Notes: generated by a model not told the origin, from the letters alone. A stretch of 64,000 bases of DNA from Dehalococcoidia bacterium (GCA_965226825.1 CBDDED010000003.1:2825642-2889641); one strand, 5' to 3'. Shown: positions 1-10,769, counted from the stretch's first letter. A program made the numbers and translations.

Positions 1-489
1 GCGCTGTCACGGATGACCGTGACGCCAACAATGATTCAGGGAGGAATAAAGTCCAACAGCGTTCCCGAGGCGATCAGGTTGACCTGCGATGTTCGCACCC
101 TGCCTCACCAGAACGAAGAGTACGTGCGAGGCGAACTCGACCGAATCCTACAGGGCGCGCCCGGGCTGGACTACGAGATAGACTACATGGCGGTCCCCAA
201 TTCCTCGCCCTTCGAAACGGACTTTGCTCGAAGAATTCAGTCGGTTACCGCTAGGGCGCTGGACCGGGATGACATTCAGTGGGTGCCAGCCATCAGCACC
301 GGCTTCACCGATTCCAGGTTCACCCGGCCCCTGGGGACCATCACCTACGGTTTCTCCGGGGCTCACCCCGACGACGATCCGATGTTGACGCGAAACCACG
401 GCACGGATGAGTCGGTTGGAGTCAAAAGCCTGGTCAGCGGGACCAAGATAATGTTGGCCTTGGCCTGCGACCTGCTGGGAGCCGAGTAG
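1..489 (+). CDS. M20/M25/M40 family metallopeptidase/amidohydrolase, C-terminal part (truncated at window start)
   Basis: Dimerisation-domain motif GGIKSNSVP...DVRTLP, GFTDSRF and C-terminal H-G-T-D-E typical of the M20 family. Confidence 0.85.
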   Translation, partial: ALSRMTVTPTMIQGGIKSNSVPEAIRLTCDVRTLPHQNEEYVRGELDRILQGAPGLDYEIDYMAVPNSSPFETDFARRIQSVTARALDRDDIQWVPAISTGFTDSRFTRPLGTITYGFSGAHPDDDPMLTRNHGTDESVGVKSLVSGTKIMLALACDLLGAE

Positions 490-527
490 GACCCGATCGG
501 ATTCCGAGGGTCACTGCCTACCCGGAC

Positions 528-570
528 TCCTGTGTCCCCTTGGCCGGAGGCGGTGGGAGGACACAGGAGA
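528..570. terminator. Hairpin between convergent genes, probable terminator
   Basis: CTCCTGTGTCC...GGACACAGGAG inverted repeat; no clear U-tract. Confidence 0.4.
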
Positions 571-619
571 GATCTAAATCTTTAGCCCCTAGGGCTCTGC
601 CCGGGGGTGGCAGCACCCG

Positions 620-1963
620 CTAGCCGTGGCTTACGAGGCCCTCTTCCACCATTGCCTGGACCGCTCCATCGAAGGCTTCCAGGCTTTGGTCGATGTCACC
701 GTCGGTGTGCGTGCCGGAGAGCACCCCGCTGGTGCGCGACATAAGATCGACGCCCCTCACCTGCAGCGCCTGTCGGAAGGCGTTCTGCGTCTCCACCGGC
801 TGATTCTTCAACGCGTTGGCGTCCAACCCTGCAACGGATCTCGCCCCGAAGTAAACGTGGAACGTGGAGGAGTCGCCGTATACCGCGGCTTCGATTTCAT
901 TCCGGTCCATGATTTCCTGCAAGCCGCTGCGCAGCTTGGCGGCCATCCGGTCGGCCTGGTCCTGAAGTTCCCCCGTCGCAACCAACCTGAGGGCGGCATT
1001 GCCGGTGGCCGCGGCGTAGGGGTTGGCATTGAAAGTGCCGCCGTGAGACACCCGTTGGTACCGGTCGTGGTCCGGATCGCCGGTCTGCTCCATCACCGCC
1101 ATGATGTCCTGTTTCCCGGCCAAAGCCCCGCCGGGCATGCCGCCAGTCAGAATCTTGGCCATGGTGCAAAGGTCCGGGGTTACGCCGATCTTCTGCTGCA
1201 AGCCGCCCGGGCTCCAACGAAAGCCGGTGATAACCTCGTCGAGAATCATCACTACGCCGTGCTGCTGCGTCAAGCTCCGCACTCCTTCCAGGAATCCCGG
1301 AGGCAAGGGGACTGTTCCGTAAGAAGCGCCGCTGCCTTCTGTTATCACGCCGGCAATGTCGTTGTTGGCGTTGAGCGTCCGCTCCAGTGCGCCCAGGTCA
1401 GGCGGCAGCACCACCACCGAGTCGATAGTCCCCTGGGGAATCCCCGTAGAAGCGGGCACGTCGAAAGGCGGCAGGTTGCCCGGCATAACGTAGTCATGCC
1501 ACCCATGATAGTGGGACTCCCACCGTATGATTTTCTCCTTGCCAGTGAAGGCGCGGGCGACCCGCATGGCCAGCATGGTGGATTCTGCGCCCGACCCTAC
1601 GAAGCGGACCCGGTCGGCGCAGGGCATCAGGCTGATGACCCTTTCGCCCCATTCCAGCACGGACTCCACCGGACCGCCGAAGTGGGACCCGTTTGGCGCA
1701 ACCTGCACCAGGGCATCAACGACGTCGGGATGCGCGTGGCCCAGCAGCAACGATGCGGAACCCATTCCGTAGTCGATGTATTCATTACCGTCCACATCCC
1801 ATTTTCGGGGTCCCTTACCCCTGGCGATGCTCACCGGAAAGGGGGCCGCCACGTACCCATCATGGCCGCCACCTCCCGACGGGAACAGATTCTTGAACCG
1901 GGGATACAGTTCCGCCGACTTGGGACTCCTGCGGATATATGCTTCCCTTATGGTTTCAGCCAT
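620..1963 (-). CDS. Class III PLP aminotransferase (glutamate-1-semialdehyde aminomutase-like)
   Basis: WDVDGNEYID, GSGAES, YHGWHD, ILDEVITGFR, PLP lysine in TMAKILTGG, HGGTFNANP; GGAGGAGG RBS before ATG at 1963. Confidence 0.88.
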   Translation of the reverse strand: MAETIREAYIRRSPKSAELYPRFKNLFPSGGGGHDGYVAAPFPVSIARGKGPRKWDVDGNEYIDYGMGSASLLLGHAHPDVVDALVQVAPNGSHFGGPVESVLEWGERVISLMPCADRVRFVGSGAESTMLAMRVARAFTGKEKIIRWESHYHGWHDYVMPGNLPPFDVPASTGIPQGTIDSVVVLPPDLGALERTLNANNDIAGVITEGSGASYGTVPLPPGFLEGVRSLTQQHGVVMILDEVITGFRWSPGGLQQKIGVTPDLCTMAKILTGGMPGGALAGKQDIMAVMEQTGDPDHDRYQRVSHGGTFNANPYAAATGNAALRLVATGELQDQADRMAAKLRSGLQEIMDRNEIEAAVYGDSSTFHVYFGARSVAGLDANALKNQPVETQNAFRQALQVRGVDLMSRTSGVLSGTHTDGDIDQSLEAFDGAVQAMVEEGLVSHG

Positions 1964-2264
1964 GACCGCCTCCTCCAAATAGAGAATCCGTTGCCTATTA
2001 TCCCAATTCCTTGCTCGCCCAAATTATCTCACGAAATGATGGTTATCATGCAAGGTGATAACAATCTAGCGTGACAGTCGGTCGCCTTGCTCAAGCCGTG
2101 CAAAAAATGTGAATGTGTCCCGGTTGCACGACATTGACGATAGAAGACGATGTACAGAGGCCTTGCTCTTTTCAACCCCACCTTCTTCTGGCCCTGGGAT
2201 GAGGGCCCGCCGAGCACAGTAAGCGAGTTGAAACTTATTACGGCCCTGGCTAGTCATCAAACCG

Positions 2265-3866
2265 CTAGCCTTCGTACACGGTTGCTCCGCCTACGATAGT
2301 CTGCTCCACCGATATGTCCTTGATCCCAAATGGGTCGATTTCGGTGGGGTCTTGCCCCAAGACCACCAAGTCGGCCAACTTGCCTACTTGGACCGAGCCT
2401 TTGATGTCTTCTTCAAAGCCGGCGTAGGCGCTGTGCATCGTATAGATTCGCAATGCCTCTTCCACCGAAATCTTTTGGTCCGGCCCCCAGACGTTGCCGT
2501 CGCTGTCGGTCCTGGTGACACAGCTTTGTATACCCATCAGCGGCTCGTAAGGACCGGGCGGGTAGTCCGTTGCCCCGGTGGCGATTATTCCATAGTCCAG
2601 GAACGAACGCTGCGCAAACATCCATTGCAGGCGCCGCTCCCCGTAGAATTGCATCTTCTCCCCGTGGTGAAACACGTAGGTGCAGAACGGCGTGGCCACG
2701 CAGCCCAGCGCCTTCATCCTGCGGAGGATGTCGGGATTGACCACGGTGCAATGCTCTATCCGGTGCCTGGTATCCTCCCGGGGAAAGGCGTCTTGAGCTT
2801 TCTGGTAGGCGTTGAGCACCATGTCTATGGTAGCGTCGCCATTGGCGTGGATGCAGACTTGAAAACCTGCCTTGTGAATATCCATGACCAATGGCTCCAG
2901 CTCCGGCACGGACATGGCCAGGATTCCGTGGTCATCCTCACTACCCTCGTATGGCTCCGAAAGGTAGGCAGTCCGAGAGGCGATGGCGCCGTCGGCCACC
3001 ATCTTGATACCTCCCAGGCGCAAGCGATCGTCGCCGAACCCCGTCTTGAGCCCTGCTTCTTTCAAAGCGGGGAAATGGGGGTAAGACATCAACATGTAGA
3101 CCCGCAGGTCCAATTCACCGGCGTCTCGGCCCTCCTGATAGGTAATAAGTTCATCATTGGTTACCCGCGCATCGTGGACGCTGGTCAATCCAACCTTGGT
3201 AAGCATCGAATTGATGCGACGCAGACCGGCACGCCGGTCCGATGACGTGATTTGCGGTAGATACTGGTCCCGGAAAACATCCCAGGCGCGTTCGTAGACC
3301 ACGCCATCCAACTCACCGGAGGCCGGGTCTCGCCCGTAGCGCCCCCCTGAGGGGTCAGGCGTGTCCCGCGTTATTCCCGCTATTTCCAGGGCTTTGCTAT
3401 TCACGCCGTACACGTGGCCGGCCCGGTGGCTGACGTAGATGGGATGATCGACGCTCACCGCATCCAGGTCTTGCCTGGTCAGGAAGCGGCGCTCCGGCGT
3501 TTTGGTGTCATCGTACTTGAACCCACGCACCCACTCCCCGGCCGGTGTGGCGTTGGCCTTTTCACGCAACGCCTCCTGCACCCTCGACACGCTCGGCTGC
3601 TCGCAATCCGCCTCGGTGATGTGCTTGATGCCGCTGCTCAACACGTGGATGTGGGCGTCTATGAACCCCGGCATCACCGTCTTGCCCGTCAAGTCCACCA
3701 CCTTCGTTCCGGGACCGATGAAGGATTCCATGTCGTCGTTGTCGCCCACCGCCAGAAACCGGCCGTGGCCCATGGCCAGCGCCTGCGCCCTGGGGCGGCG
3801 GGGGTCTATCGTGATTACGTTGGCGTTCTTCAGAACCGTTTCGGCTTTGGCAATGCCAGTGTTCAT
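2265..3866 (-). CDS. Amidohydrolase 3 family (YtcJ-like) metal-dependent hydrolase
   Basis: PGFIDAHIH, GGIKMVADG, IHANGD, HRIEHC, GATDYP, GKLADLVVL. Confidence 0.9.
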   Translation of the reverse strand: MNTGIAKAETVLKNANVITIDPRRPRAQALAMGHGRFLAVGDNDDMESFIGPGTKVVDLTGKTVMPGFIDAHIHVLSSGIKHITEADCEQPSVSRVQEALREKANATPAGEWVRGFKYDDTKTPERRFLTRQDLDAVSVDHPIYVSHRAGHVYGVNSKALEIAGITRDTPDPSGGRYGRDPASGELDGVVYERAWDVFRDQYLPQITSSDRRAGLRRINSMLTKVGLTSVHDARVTNDELITYQEGRDAGELDLRVYMLMSYPHFPALKEAGLKTGFGDDRLRLGGIKMVADGAIASRTAYLSEPYEGSEDDHGILAMSVPELEPLVMDIHKAGFQVCIHANGDATIDMVLNAYQKAQDAFPREDTRHRIEHCTVVNPDILRRMKALGCVATPFCTYVFHHGEKMQFYGERRLQWMFAQRSFLDYGIIATGATDYPPGPYEPLMGIQSCVTRTDSDGNVWGPDQKISVEEALRIYTMHSAYAGFEEDIKGSVQVGKLADLVVLGQDPTEIDPFGIKDISVEQTIVGGATVYEG

Positions 3867-3937
3867 TCCAAGCTCCTTTCCAGCGGATCGGGTCTCAATA
3901 GACTAGGTGTGTCTCCCTGGACTGATAGAGGCGGCTT

Positions 3938-5905
3938 TTAGTTGGGGCGAAGTCCCTGGTCTTCCCAGGGTTCAGGCCTCGCCTCCGGGTCTACTGCGGG
4001 TTGGCCCGGTGCGCTGCCCACCCCCGCAAGGACCGGGATGCGGGGTGACTGCGGCTGGCTGATCACGGTGCCATCGGACAGGACCATCCCATCCTGGCAA
4101 CGACATTCGACGCGGCCGGAGCCGTACTGCTCGGTGTAGAGAGTAGAGTACAGGCCCCCTTGGGCCAGCAGTTCCGAGTGCGGGCCGTGTTCGGCTATTT
4201 TGCCGTGGTCCACCACGTAGATGACGTCGGCGGACAGAATGGTGGATAGCCGGTGGGCGATGACCATGGTGGTCCGGCCCTTCATCAGGGGCTCCAACGC
4301 GGCCTGGACGTACCGTTCCGACCCGGTGTCCAGGGCCGATGTGGCCTCGTCCAGTATCAAAATCTTGGGCTGATGCAGGATCACCCTAGCAATGGCCAGC
4401 CGCTGCCTTTCGCCCCCGGACAACCTGAACCCGCGTTCGCCCACGATCGTATCATACCCCTCGGGAAATTCCATGATCCGGTCGTGTATGTACGCTGATT
4501 TGGCGGCCTCGACTATTTCGTCATCGGTTGCGTCAGGCTTCCCGTAGAGCAAGTTTTGCCGAAGGGTGGCGTGGAACAGGTAGCTTTCCTGGGTGACGAA
4601 CCCTACCAATTGGGCCAGCGTATCCAGGCGCAGGGTGCGGACGTCGAAGCCGTCGATGCGCACCGCTCCCTCTGTGGCGTCATAGAGCCTGGGAATCAGG
4701 TAAGCAATGGTGGTCTTACCAGCGCCGCTGGGGCCGACAAACGCCGCCAACTGGCCTGGTTCTATTCTCAGGTCTATGCCGTCAAGGGCCCAGCGCAACT
4801 CCGCCTGTTCATCGTGGGTTCCATCCAACTGGTCCTCGGCGACTATGCCGTAATTCACCCTCACCGAATCCAACTCCACCGTGCCACGCACGCCGGCCGG
4901 ACTAAGCGCCACGGCATTGGGATCATCGACGATCTCCTGTTCGAGATCTAGGTACCCGAATATGCGCTCGAACAGCGCCATGGAAGACTGTAGCTCTATG
5001 GAAAGCTGCAACAGCCGGCCGATGGGAAAGTAAAGACGGCTCTGGAGGGTGGTGAACGCAATGATAGTGCCAGCCGACAGGGGCAACGAACCCTCTCCCG
5101 AAATGAGATAGCCGGCCAGCAGGTATATAAAAGCCGGCGAGATCGACATGAAGGTCATCACCGAGGCGGAGAATGACTGGCCGATCATCTGACGGCGCAC
5201 CACCAGGTCGGCAAGGCGCTGGTTTTGCTGGTGAAAGTTGGCCATCTCCTGGCGCTGGCTGCCGAACAACTTGGCCAGCATGATCCCTGACACCGACAGG
5301 GTTTCCTGGGTTATGGCAGTCATTTCCGCCAGGGAGCGTTGGACCAGAGAACTGGTTGCCCGCCGCCGGGCGCCTACGTATTTGGTAAGCACAAAGAAAA
5401 TCGGCGCGGTGGCAATGGCCACCAGGGTGAGCTGCCAGGACAGGATCAGCATGGCCACCAAAGTGCTGACGAAAATCACGGTATTGGAAACCGAGTCGGA
5501 GAGGGTGCTGGTCACTACCTGCTGAATCCCGCCAACGTCGTTGGAAACCCGGGACTGGATTTCTCCGGTGCGGGTGTTGGTGAAGAAGCGAAGGGACATA
5601 CCTTGAAGGTGGTCGTATACTTTGTCCCTCAGGTCCCGCATCACGTTCTGTCCAACCTTGTTGGCCCAGTACGTCTGGATTACCCCCAAACCTCCGCCGA
5701 TTACGGCTATGCAGGACATGACGGCGACGATCTTCCAGAGCAGGTCGATGTTGGGACCGCCGGTGGGTGGGAACAAGGCGGAATCGAACACGACCTTGAT
5801 GAGCAGAGGGTTCACTACGCCCAGGCCGGCTGTGATGAGAATCAGGAATCCGACCAGGGACACCCGGTTCCAGTAGGGTACGAAAAGAGCGACGATCCGC
5901 CCCAA
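3938..5905 (-). CDS. ABC exporter, fused permease/ATP-binding protein (start uncertain)
   Basis: N-terminal TM domain; Walker A GPSGAGKT, signature LSGGERQR, Walker B ILILDEATSALD, H-loop IAHRLST. Confidence 0.93.
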   Translation of the reverse strand: MGRIVALFVPYWNRVSLVGFLILITAGLGVVNPLLIKVVFDSALFPPTGGPNIDLLWKIVAVMSCIAVIGGGLGVIQTYWANKVGQNVMRDLRDKVYDHLQGMSLRFFTNTRTGEIQSRVSNDVGGIQQVVTSTLSDSVSNTVIFVSTLVAMLILSWQLTLVAIATAPIFFVLTKYVGARRRATSSLVQRSLAEMTAITQETLSVSGIMLAKLFGSQRQEMANFHQQNQRLADLVVRRQMIGQSFSASVMTFMSISPAFIYLLAGYLISGEGSLPLSAGTIIAFTTLQSRLYFPIGRLLQLSIELQSSMALFERIFGYLDLEQEIVDDPNAVALSPAGVRGTVELDSVRVNYGIVAEDQLDGTHDEQAELRWALDGIDLRIEPGQLAAFVGPSGAGKTTIAYLIPRLYDATEGAVRIDGFDVRTLRLDTLAQLVGFVTQESYLFHATLRQNLLYGKPDATDDEIVEAAKSAYIHDRIMEFPEGYDTIVGERGFRLSGGERQRLAIARVILHQPKILILDEATSALDTGSERYVQAALEPLMKGRTTMVIAHRLSTILSADVIYVVDHGKIAEHGPHSELLAQGGLYSTLYTEQYGSGRVECRCQDGMVLSDGTVISQPQSPRIPVLAGVGSAPGQPAVDPEARPEPWEDQGLRPN

Positions 5906-6344
5906 TGGCCGGTCCTGAGGGGGTTTTTGTTGAGATGGGGTAATGTTAAACGCCGCTTCGTGTTCGTCGGGATTGCCTGGGGTCTCGCCGGTGACCGCCG
6001 GGGTTGGCGGCCGGGAGTGGCTGCCTCCCGCGGTTCCTAGCTAGCGTTCCTTGCGAATGGACCTGGCTAACGTTCTTGGATTGTAGACCCGGCCAAATGT
6101 CGGGTCAAGAAACGGCGATCCGGATGCGTTGCCGCCGGCCTTTCCTCGATTCACCCAGGGGCGGCGCGGGTTGGGGTTTCCCGGCACAATTACTGGATGC
6201 AATAACCCCGGGTTTTAGCCGAGCCTCCCCGGTATGCGGCCAGGGGAATAGTGTACAATTGCGCTACCGCAGCCTGTCGCCGCCGGCGCGGTTTCGCGGG
6301 GCAGGGACCCCCATCCCTGGCAGCCGGCACTTGGAGGAGAAAAC

Positions 6345-7271
6345 ATGAGCGTCGCCATTGGATATGTCCCCGGCGCCTTCGGCCAGGGAGGCAAGGACCC
6401 GGATTTTCTGCGTCAACTCGTCGAGGTCGGCGACCGTTATAACTACGACTCCCTGTGGCTCAGCGACCGCATTGTCAGCGACCGGTTCAGCTTGGAGCCA
6501 ATGATTGCTCTTTCCATGGTGGCGGCTTACTCCGACCGCATGAAGTTCGGCACCAGCGTGTTGGCGATGCCGCTGCGAAACCCGGTGGTGCTGGCCAAGC
6601 AGGTCGCAACCCTGGACTTTCTGTCCAACGGCCGCTTTTTCCCGGCCGTAGGTTTGGGACAGGAGGAACCGGAGGAGTACGAGGCCTGCGGAGTGCCCAA
6701 GGAAGACCGGGCCAAACGCACCGATGAGGCAATTGCCCTGATGCGGCGGCTCTGGCAGGAAGAATCGGTTACCCACGAAGGAGATTTTTACACCTGCCAC
6801 AACGTAAGCATTACCCCCAAACCCATTTTTGAGCCCTCGCCGCCTGTCTGGATTGGGGGGCGCAGCCCGGCCGCAGCCCGCCGCGTTGGCCGAGTCGGAG
6901 ACGGCTGGCTGGTGTCGGCGGCAACCACCCAGGAGATCAGCGATGGCCGTGACATTGTTTTTGAAACCGCAGAGCAGTGTAACCGGGACATCGAAAGGGA
7001 CCACATCGGCGTCATGCTGGGCTACTACATCACCCCGGACGTGGAGAAAGCAACCGCCAAGGCCCACAAATTCGTGACCCGACACCGCCCCGACGCCCAC
7101 TTCACCGAATACAGCGCCCTGGGCCCGGTGGAAAGAATTGCCGAAGTGATCAACGACTACGCCCAGGCCGGGGCGTCTAAATTCGTCGTGAGGCCAATGT
7201 GCCCGGCAGAAGAGACCATGGAACAACTGGAGATAATGGGCAGCGAGGTCTTGCCCATGTTCCATAAGTAG
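6345..7271 (+). CDS. LLM class flavin-dependent oxidoreductase
   Basis: YDSLWLSD, LRNPVVLAKQVATLDFLSNGR, PPVWIGG; GGAGGAG RBS. Confidence 0.9.
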   Translation: MSVAIGYVPGAFGQGGKDPDFLRQLVEVGDRYNYDSLWLSDRIVSDRFSLEPMIALSMVAAYSDRMKFGTSVLAMPLRNPVVLAKQVATLDFLSNGRFFPAVGLGQEEPEEYEACGVPKEDRAKRTDEAIALMRRLWQEESVTHEGDFYTCHNVSITPKPIFEPSPPVWIGGRSPAAARRVGRVGDGWLVSAATTQEISDGRDIVFETAEQCNRDIERDHIGVMLGYYITPDVEKATAKAHKFVTRHRPDAHFTEYSALGPVERIAEVINDYAQAGASKFVVRPMCPAEETMEQLEIMGSEVLPMFHK

Positions 7272-7326
7272 GATCGCGGCAATAGGTCCCAATGTCCGCG
7301 TCCGCGGCGGCTCCGGCGACAAAAGG

Positions 7327-7356
7327 AAAAGGCCCTTGGGAAACCAGGGGCCTTTG
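7327..7356. terminator. Probable intrinsic terminator hairpin
   Basis: AAAAGGCCCTTGG-GAAA-CCAGGGGCCTTTG stem-loop after the LLM gene. Confidence 0.55.
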
Positions 7357-7454
7357 TTAGGAACATGGGATTCCTCACCACACGGAGCTGAACAAAAACC
7401 GCCGTGTTCTTGGCGGTAAATTCAAACCTCTCGTTTTGAAGAAGGAGAAAGAGT

Positions 7455-8297
7455 ATGGATGTCGGGGTCAGTGGCATACAGATGGAACACGGCGACATTA
7501 CGGTTTTGGCCCAAAAGATGGAAGAGTTGGGTTTCGACTCCATGTGGGTGCCGGAACACACGGTAGTACCGGTCCATCACAACTCAAAATACCGCGGCAC
7601 TGCCGACGGTTCCCTTCCCGAATCCATGAGCCATCAGGCCAACCCTCTGATCGCCCTGGCCCTGGCCGCCGGCGCGACCAAAACCTTGAAATTCGGCACC
7701 GCCGTTCTGCTCGTGACCGAGCACAATCCCCTCGACCTGGCAAAGCAAGTGTCCACCCTGGACTACTATTCCGGTGGCCGTTTCCTCTTTGGCATCGGGA
7801 CCGGCTGGTTCCGGGAGGAAAGCGAAATCATGGGCGGCGACTTCGATCACCGCTGGACCCAGGCCCGGGAGTATGTCTCGGCAATGAAAGAGCTTTGGAC
7901 CAACGACCCGGCAGAGTATCATGGCGAGTACGTGGACTTCCCTCCGGTGCGCTGCCTTCCCCTGCCCGTTCAAAAGCCCCATCCGCCGGTGTTGTTGGGC
8001 GGTGAAGCCAAGAACGTGTTCCGCCGTATTGTGCAGTGGGCCGACGGCTGGCTTCCGCTGCGCATGTCGCCGGAACAGGTCGCAGCCGCCCGGGCCACAC
8101 TGTCCGAAATGGCTGACGCCGCCGGACGGGACCCGAAGTCCATAACCATTACCGTGTCCGGAGTCCCTACCGACAAGGACGCAATCAGGCAGTATGAGGA
8201 CGCCGGCGCCGACCGGGCCTTGGTACGCTTGACCCGGACCGGCCAATCCGAAGTGCTGGCCGAATTGGAAGACATGGCCCAAAAGGTCTTTAGTTAA
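7455..8297 (+). CDS. LLM class oxidoreductase, probably F420-dependent (Rv2161c-like)
   Basis: GFDSMWVPEH, LAKQVSTLDYYSGGRFLFGIGTGW, PVQKPHPP; paralogue of 52641..53489. Confidence 0.88.
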   Translation: MDVGVSGIQMEHGDITVLAQKMEELGFDSMWVPEHTVVPVHHNSKYRGTADGSLPESMSHQANPLIALALAAGATKTLKFGTAVLLVTEHNPLDLAKQVSTLDYYSGGRFLFGIGTGWFREESEIMGGDFDHRWTQAREYVSAMKELWTNDPAEYHGEYVDFPPVRCLPLPVQKPHPPVLLGGEAKNVFRRIVQWADGWLPLRMSPEQVAAARATLSEMADAAGRDPKSITITVSGVPTDKDAIRQYEDAGADRALVRLTRTGQSEVLAELEDMAQKVFS

Positions 8298-8366
8298 AGG
8301 CTACCCGCCGGATTTCAATCCAGCACACCGCGTATAACCCCATCATTTGGAATTGAGAGGAATAGC

Positions 8367-9308
8367 ATGGACGGAAAAGCAATCGGCGTGGCAATCGGAG
8401 GGGCCAGACTCCAGGACATACAATCATCGATAAACCAGGCCGAAAACATGGGAATCGACGCCGTGTGGATGGCCACCGGCGGCGCCCGCCTGGACAGCAT
8501 AACCTCCTTCGCCGCGACGGCGGGGTCAACTCAAGGGATCAAGCTGGGCACATCGATAGTGCCGATATATCCCAGGCATCCCCTGGTGATGGTCCAGCAG
8601 GTCCAGGTCGTGGCCCAAGCCGCGCCGGGTCGGTTCCGCCTTGGCATCGGACCCAGTCACCGGCCTACCATGCGTAACATGGGAATCCAGATGCCCCGTC
8701 CCCTGGGGCATTTGAGGGACTGCCTGCGGATTCTCAAGGCCTTGCTGCAACAGGGCGAAGTCGACTACCAGGGCGAGTATTATCAAGCCCACGACCGGAT
8801 TGCCGAGCCGGTGGACGTTCCGGTGATGGCTTCGGCCCTGCGCCTGGGCTCCTTTGAGCTTTGCGGCGCCGAGTCCGACGGGGCGATAAGCTGGGTCTGC
8901 CCTGGGTCATACCTGCGGGACGCTGCTCTCCCGGCCATGAAAAAAGGGGCCGAGCAGGCCGGCAGGGAGACGCCTCCTCTGATCGCTCACGTCCCCCTTT
9001 GTGTCCACGACGACGCCGAAGAGGTCCGCACCGCTTTTCGGGAGCAGTTCTCGGTTTACCCGACGCTGCCTTTCTACCGGCGCATGCTCATCGAGGCCGG
9101 CCACCCCGAAGCCGCCAGTGGGACCTGGAGTGACGCCATGATCGACGGCCTGGTAATTCACGGCGATGAGGCCGCCGTAACCGCCGGCGTCCGCAACCTG
9201 GTGTCCTTCGGAGCCGGGGAGGTCCTGGTTTCCCCGATACTGGCCGGCCAAGACCGCGGCGCATCGCTGGACCGGACGCTCCGGCTGCTGGGACAACTCA
9301 GCGGCTAG
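8367..9308 (+). CDS. LLM class flavin/F420-dependent oxidoreductase
   Basis: IKLGTSIVPIYPRHP, GRFRLGIGPSH. Confidence 0.88.
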   Translation: MDGKAIGVAIGGARLQDIQSSINQAENMGIDAVWMATGGARLDSITSFAATAGSTQGIKLGTSIVPIYPRHPLVMVQQVQVVAQAAPGRFRLGIGPSHRPTMRNMGIQMPRPLGHLRDCLRILKALLQQGEVDYQGEYYQAHDRIAEPVDVPVMASALRLGSFELCGAESDGAISWVCPGSYLRDAALPAMKKGAEQAGRETPPLIAHVPLCVHDDAEEVRTAFREQFSVYPTLPFYRRMLIEAGHPEAASGTWSDAMIDGLVIHGDEAAVTAGVRNLVSFGAGEVLVSPILAGQDRGASLDRTLRLLGQLSG

Positions 9309-9440
9309 AAGCGCCGGCGCCCGCCTGAAACACCTATACGGCCGCAGTTAGCGGCCCTATTTCTGCGAGTTGGCCGCTCAGCCAACCTCATCTAGGGAAC
9401 CCTGCTTATTCGTTTGAGTCGACTACTTTGGAGGAATCCT

Positions 9441-9821
9441 ATGGAAATCGAACGCAAGGACTACCCCGGTCTACCCCAACCGGCTGGAGCGTTCCACCAC
9501 TCGGTGCGCGTCGGCAACCTGCTGTTCATTGCGGGCTCCACGGCTCGGGGGACCGCCGCTGAGACGGGCGACATTGCCGCCCAGACCGAGGCCATTCTTG
9601 AGAAGTTCAAGACCATCCTGGAAGCTAACGGAGGCAGTCTTGCCAACGTGGTCAAAGTAACCAGTTTCGTGACCGACCTGAGAGAGGCGGCGGCGTCCGG
9701 TGAAGTCAGGCGAAAATACTTCGACGGGGCATTTCCGGCCAGCACCCAGGTACAGGTTGCGGCATTGGGCACGCCGGATTTAAAAATTGAGATAGAAGCC
9801 ATCGCTGCGCTCCCTGATTAG
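9441..9821 (+). CDS. RidA/YjgF/UK114 family protein
   Basis: VRVGNLLFIAG, NVVKVTSFVTD, FPASTQVQV, IEIEAIA; GGAGG RBS before ATG 9441. Confidence 0.9.
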   Translation: MEIERKDYPGLPQPAGAFHHSVRVGNLLFIAGSTARGTAAETGDIAAQTEAILEKFKTILEANGGSLANVVKVTSFVTDLREAAASGEVRRKYFDGAFPASTQVQVAALGTPDLKIEIEAIAALPD

Positions 9822-9927
9822 CGCAGAGTCCCCAAAACGTCCGCGGACCAGCCAGTCTGGTCTGCCATAGTTTTGCCAGGTATACGTGACCGGGATATGA
9901 TGGCGGCCGGACGATAAATTCAAAGAG

Positions 9928-10695
9928 GTGGCTACGATGACTACGCTGGAATGGCAGGGTGAAAGCCTCTGCGAGGGCCAGATTCAGGAAAGACAATTCG
10001 TTGTCACTCGGGGCGAATCGCCAGTCCCGGGAATAATGTGGGCTCCGGAAGATATCAAAACCCCCATCCCCCTGGTCATGTTCGGCCACGGAGGAAGCGG
10101 TCACAAGCGGGTAGCGCGGTCGCTGATGCTGGGACGCAGGTTTGCCGGCGTCTCCCAGTTCGCAATGGTGGCCATTGACGGGCCGGCCCACGGCGACCGG
10201 AAAAATCCCGGTGAATACAACCAGGCAGCCGCCATGTCTGAAGGCGGCGTGGAAGCCGTAGTTGACGGCATGGTTGAAGACTGGAGCGCGGCTCTCGACC
10301 AAATCTCGGGCCTGGACTTCATCGATGCCGGCCGCGTGGCATACATCGGTTTCTCCATGGGCACCCGGTTCGGCCTCCCCTACGTGGCGGCGGCCGGAGA
10401 CAAACTCCGCTGCGCCGCCCTGGGCAAGAACGCCCTGGAAACCAGTGTTGCAGCCAGCGCCCCGTCCCACGCGGGCGGCAGGTTCAGGAAAGACGCTCCC
10501 AACATCAAAACGCCGCTGCTCTTTCACATGCAGTGGGACGACGAACTTTTCTCCAGGGAGTCCCAATGCCAGCTCTTTGACCTGATCGGCTCCGAAGACA
10601 AGCGGCTGATCGCATTTCCCGGCCCCCACGCCCTCTCCTGCCCCGAGTCCGTAGACCTCTGGTGCACCTTCATCGAACGCCACCTAAACGGCTGA
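9928..10695 (+). CDS. Alpha/beta hydrolase (dienelactone hydrolase-like)
   Basis: HGGSGHK, nucleophile elbow GFSMG, acid WDDE, His in PGPH. Confidence 0.8.
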   Translation: MATMTTLEWQGESLCEGQIQERQFVVTRGESPVPGIMWAPEDIKTPIPLVMFGHGGSGHKRVARSLMLGRRFAGVSQFAMVAIDGPAHGDRKNPGEYNQAAAMSEGGVEAVVDGMVEDWSAALDQISGLDFIDAGRVAYIGFSMGTRFGLPYVAAAGDKLRCAALGKNALETSVAASAPSHAGGRFRKDAPNIKTPLLFHMQWDDELFSRESQCQLFDLIGSEDKRLIAFPGPHALSCPESVDLWCTFIERHLNG

Positions 10696-10769
10696 CGTTC
10701 CCGGCCCGTGATTACAGAGTTACCCCTTTCCCACTCGGCCCGGAGGGGTCCGCACAATAAAGGGCTCAA

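Noticed and set aside
620..1963. Calling the aminotransferase hemL
   Set aside because: It is far from the heme operon and diverges from the HemL consensus; GSA-like paralogues are common, so no symbol was assigned
626..2074. 482-aa + strand ORF and similar long antisense ORFs (2352..3245, 25513..26565, 28073..29134, 41676..42605, 49464..50450)
   Set aside because: Shadow ORFs opposite well-supported genes in GC-rich DNA
6037..6044. CTAGCTAG as an excision footprint truncating the ABC transporter N-terminus
   Set aside because: Removing 4 bp does not yield a convincing upstream start codon
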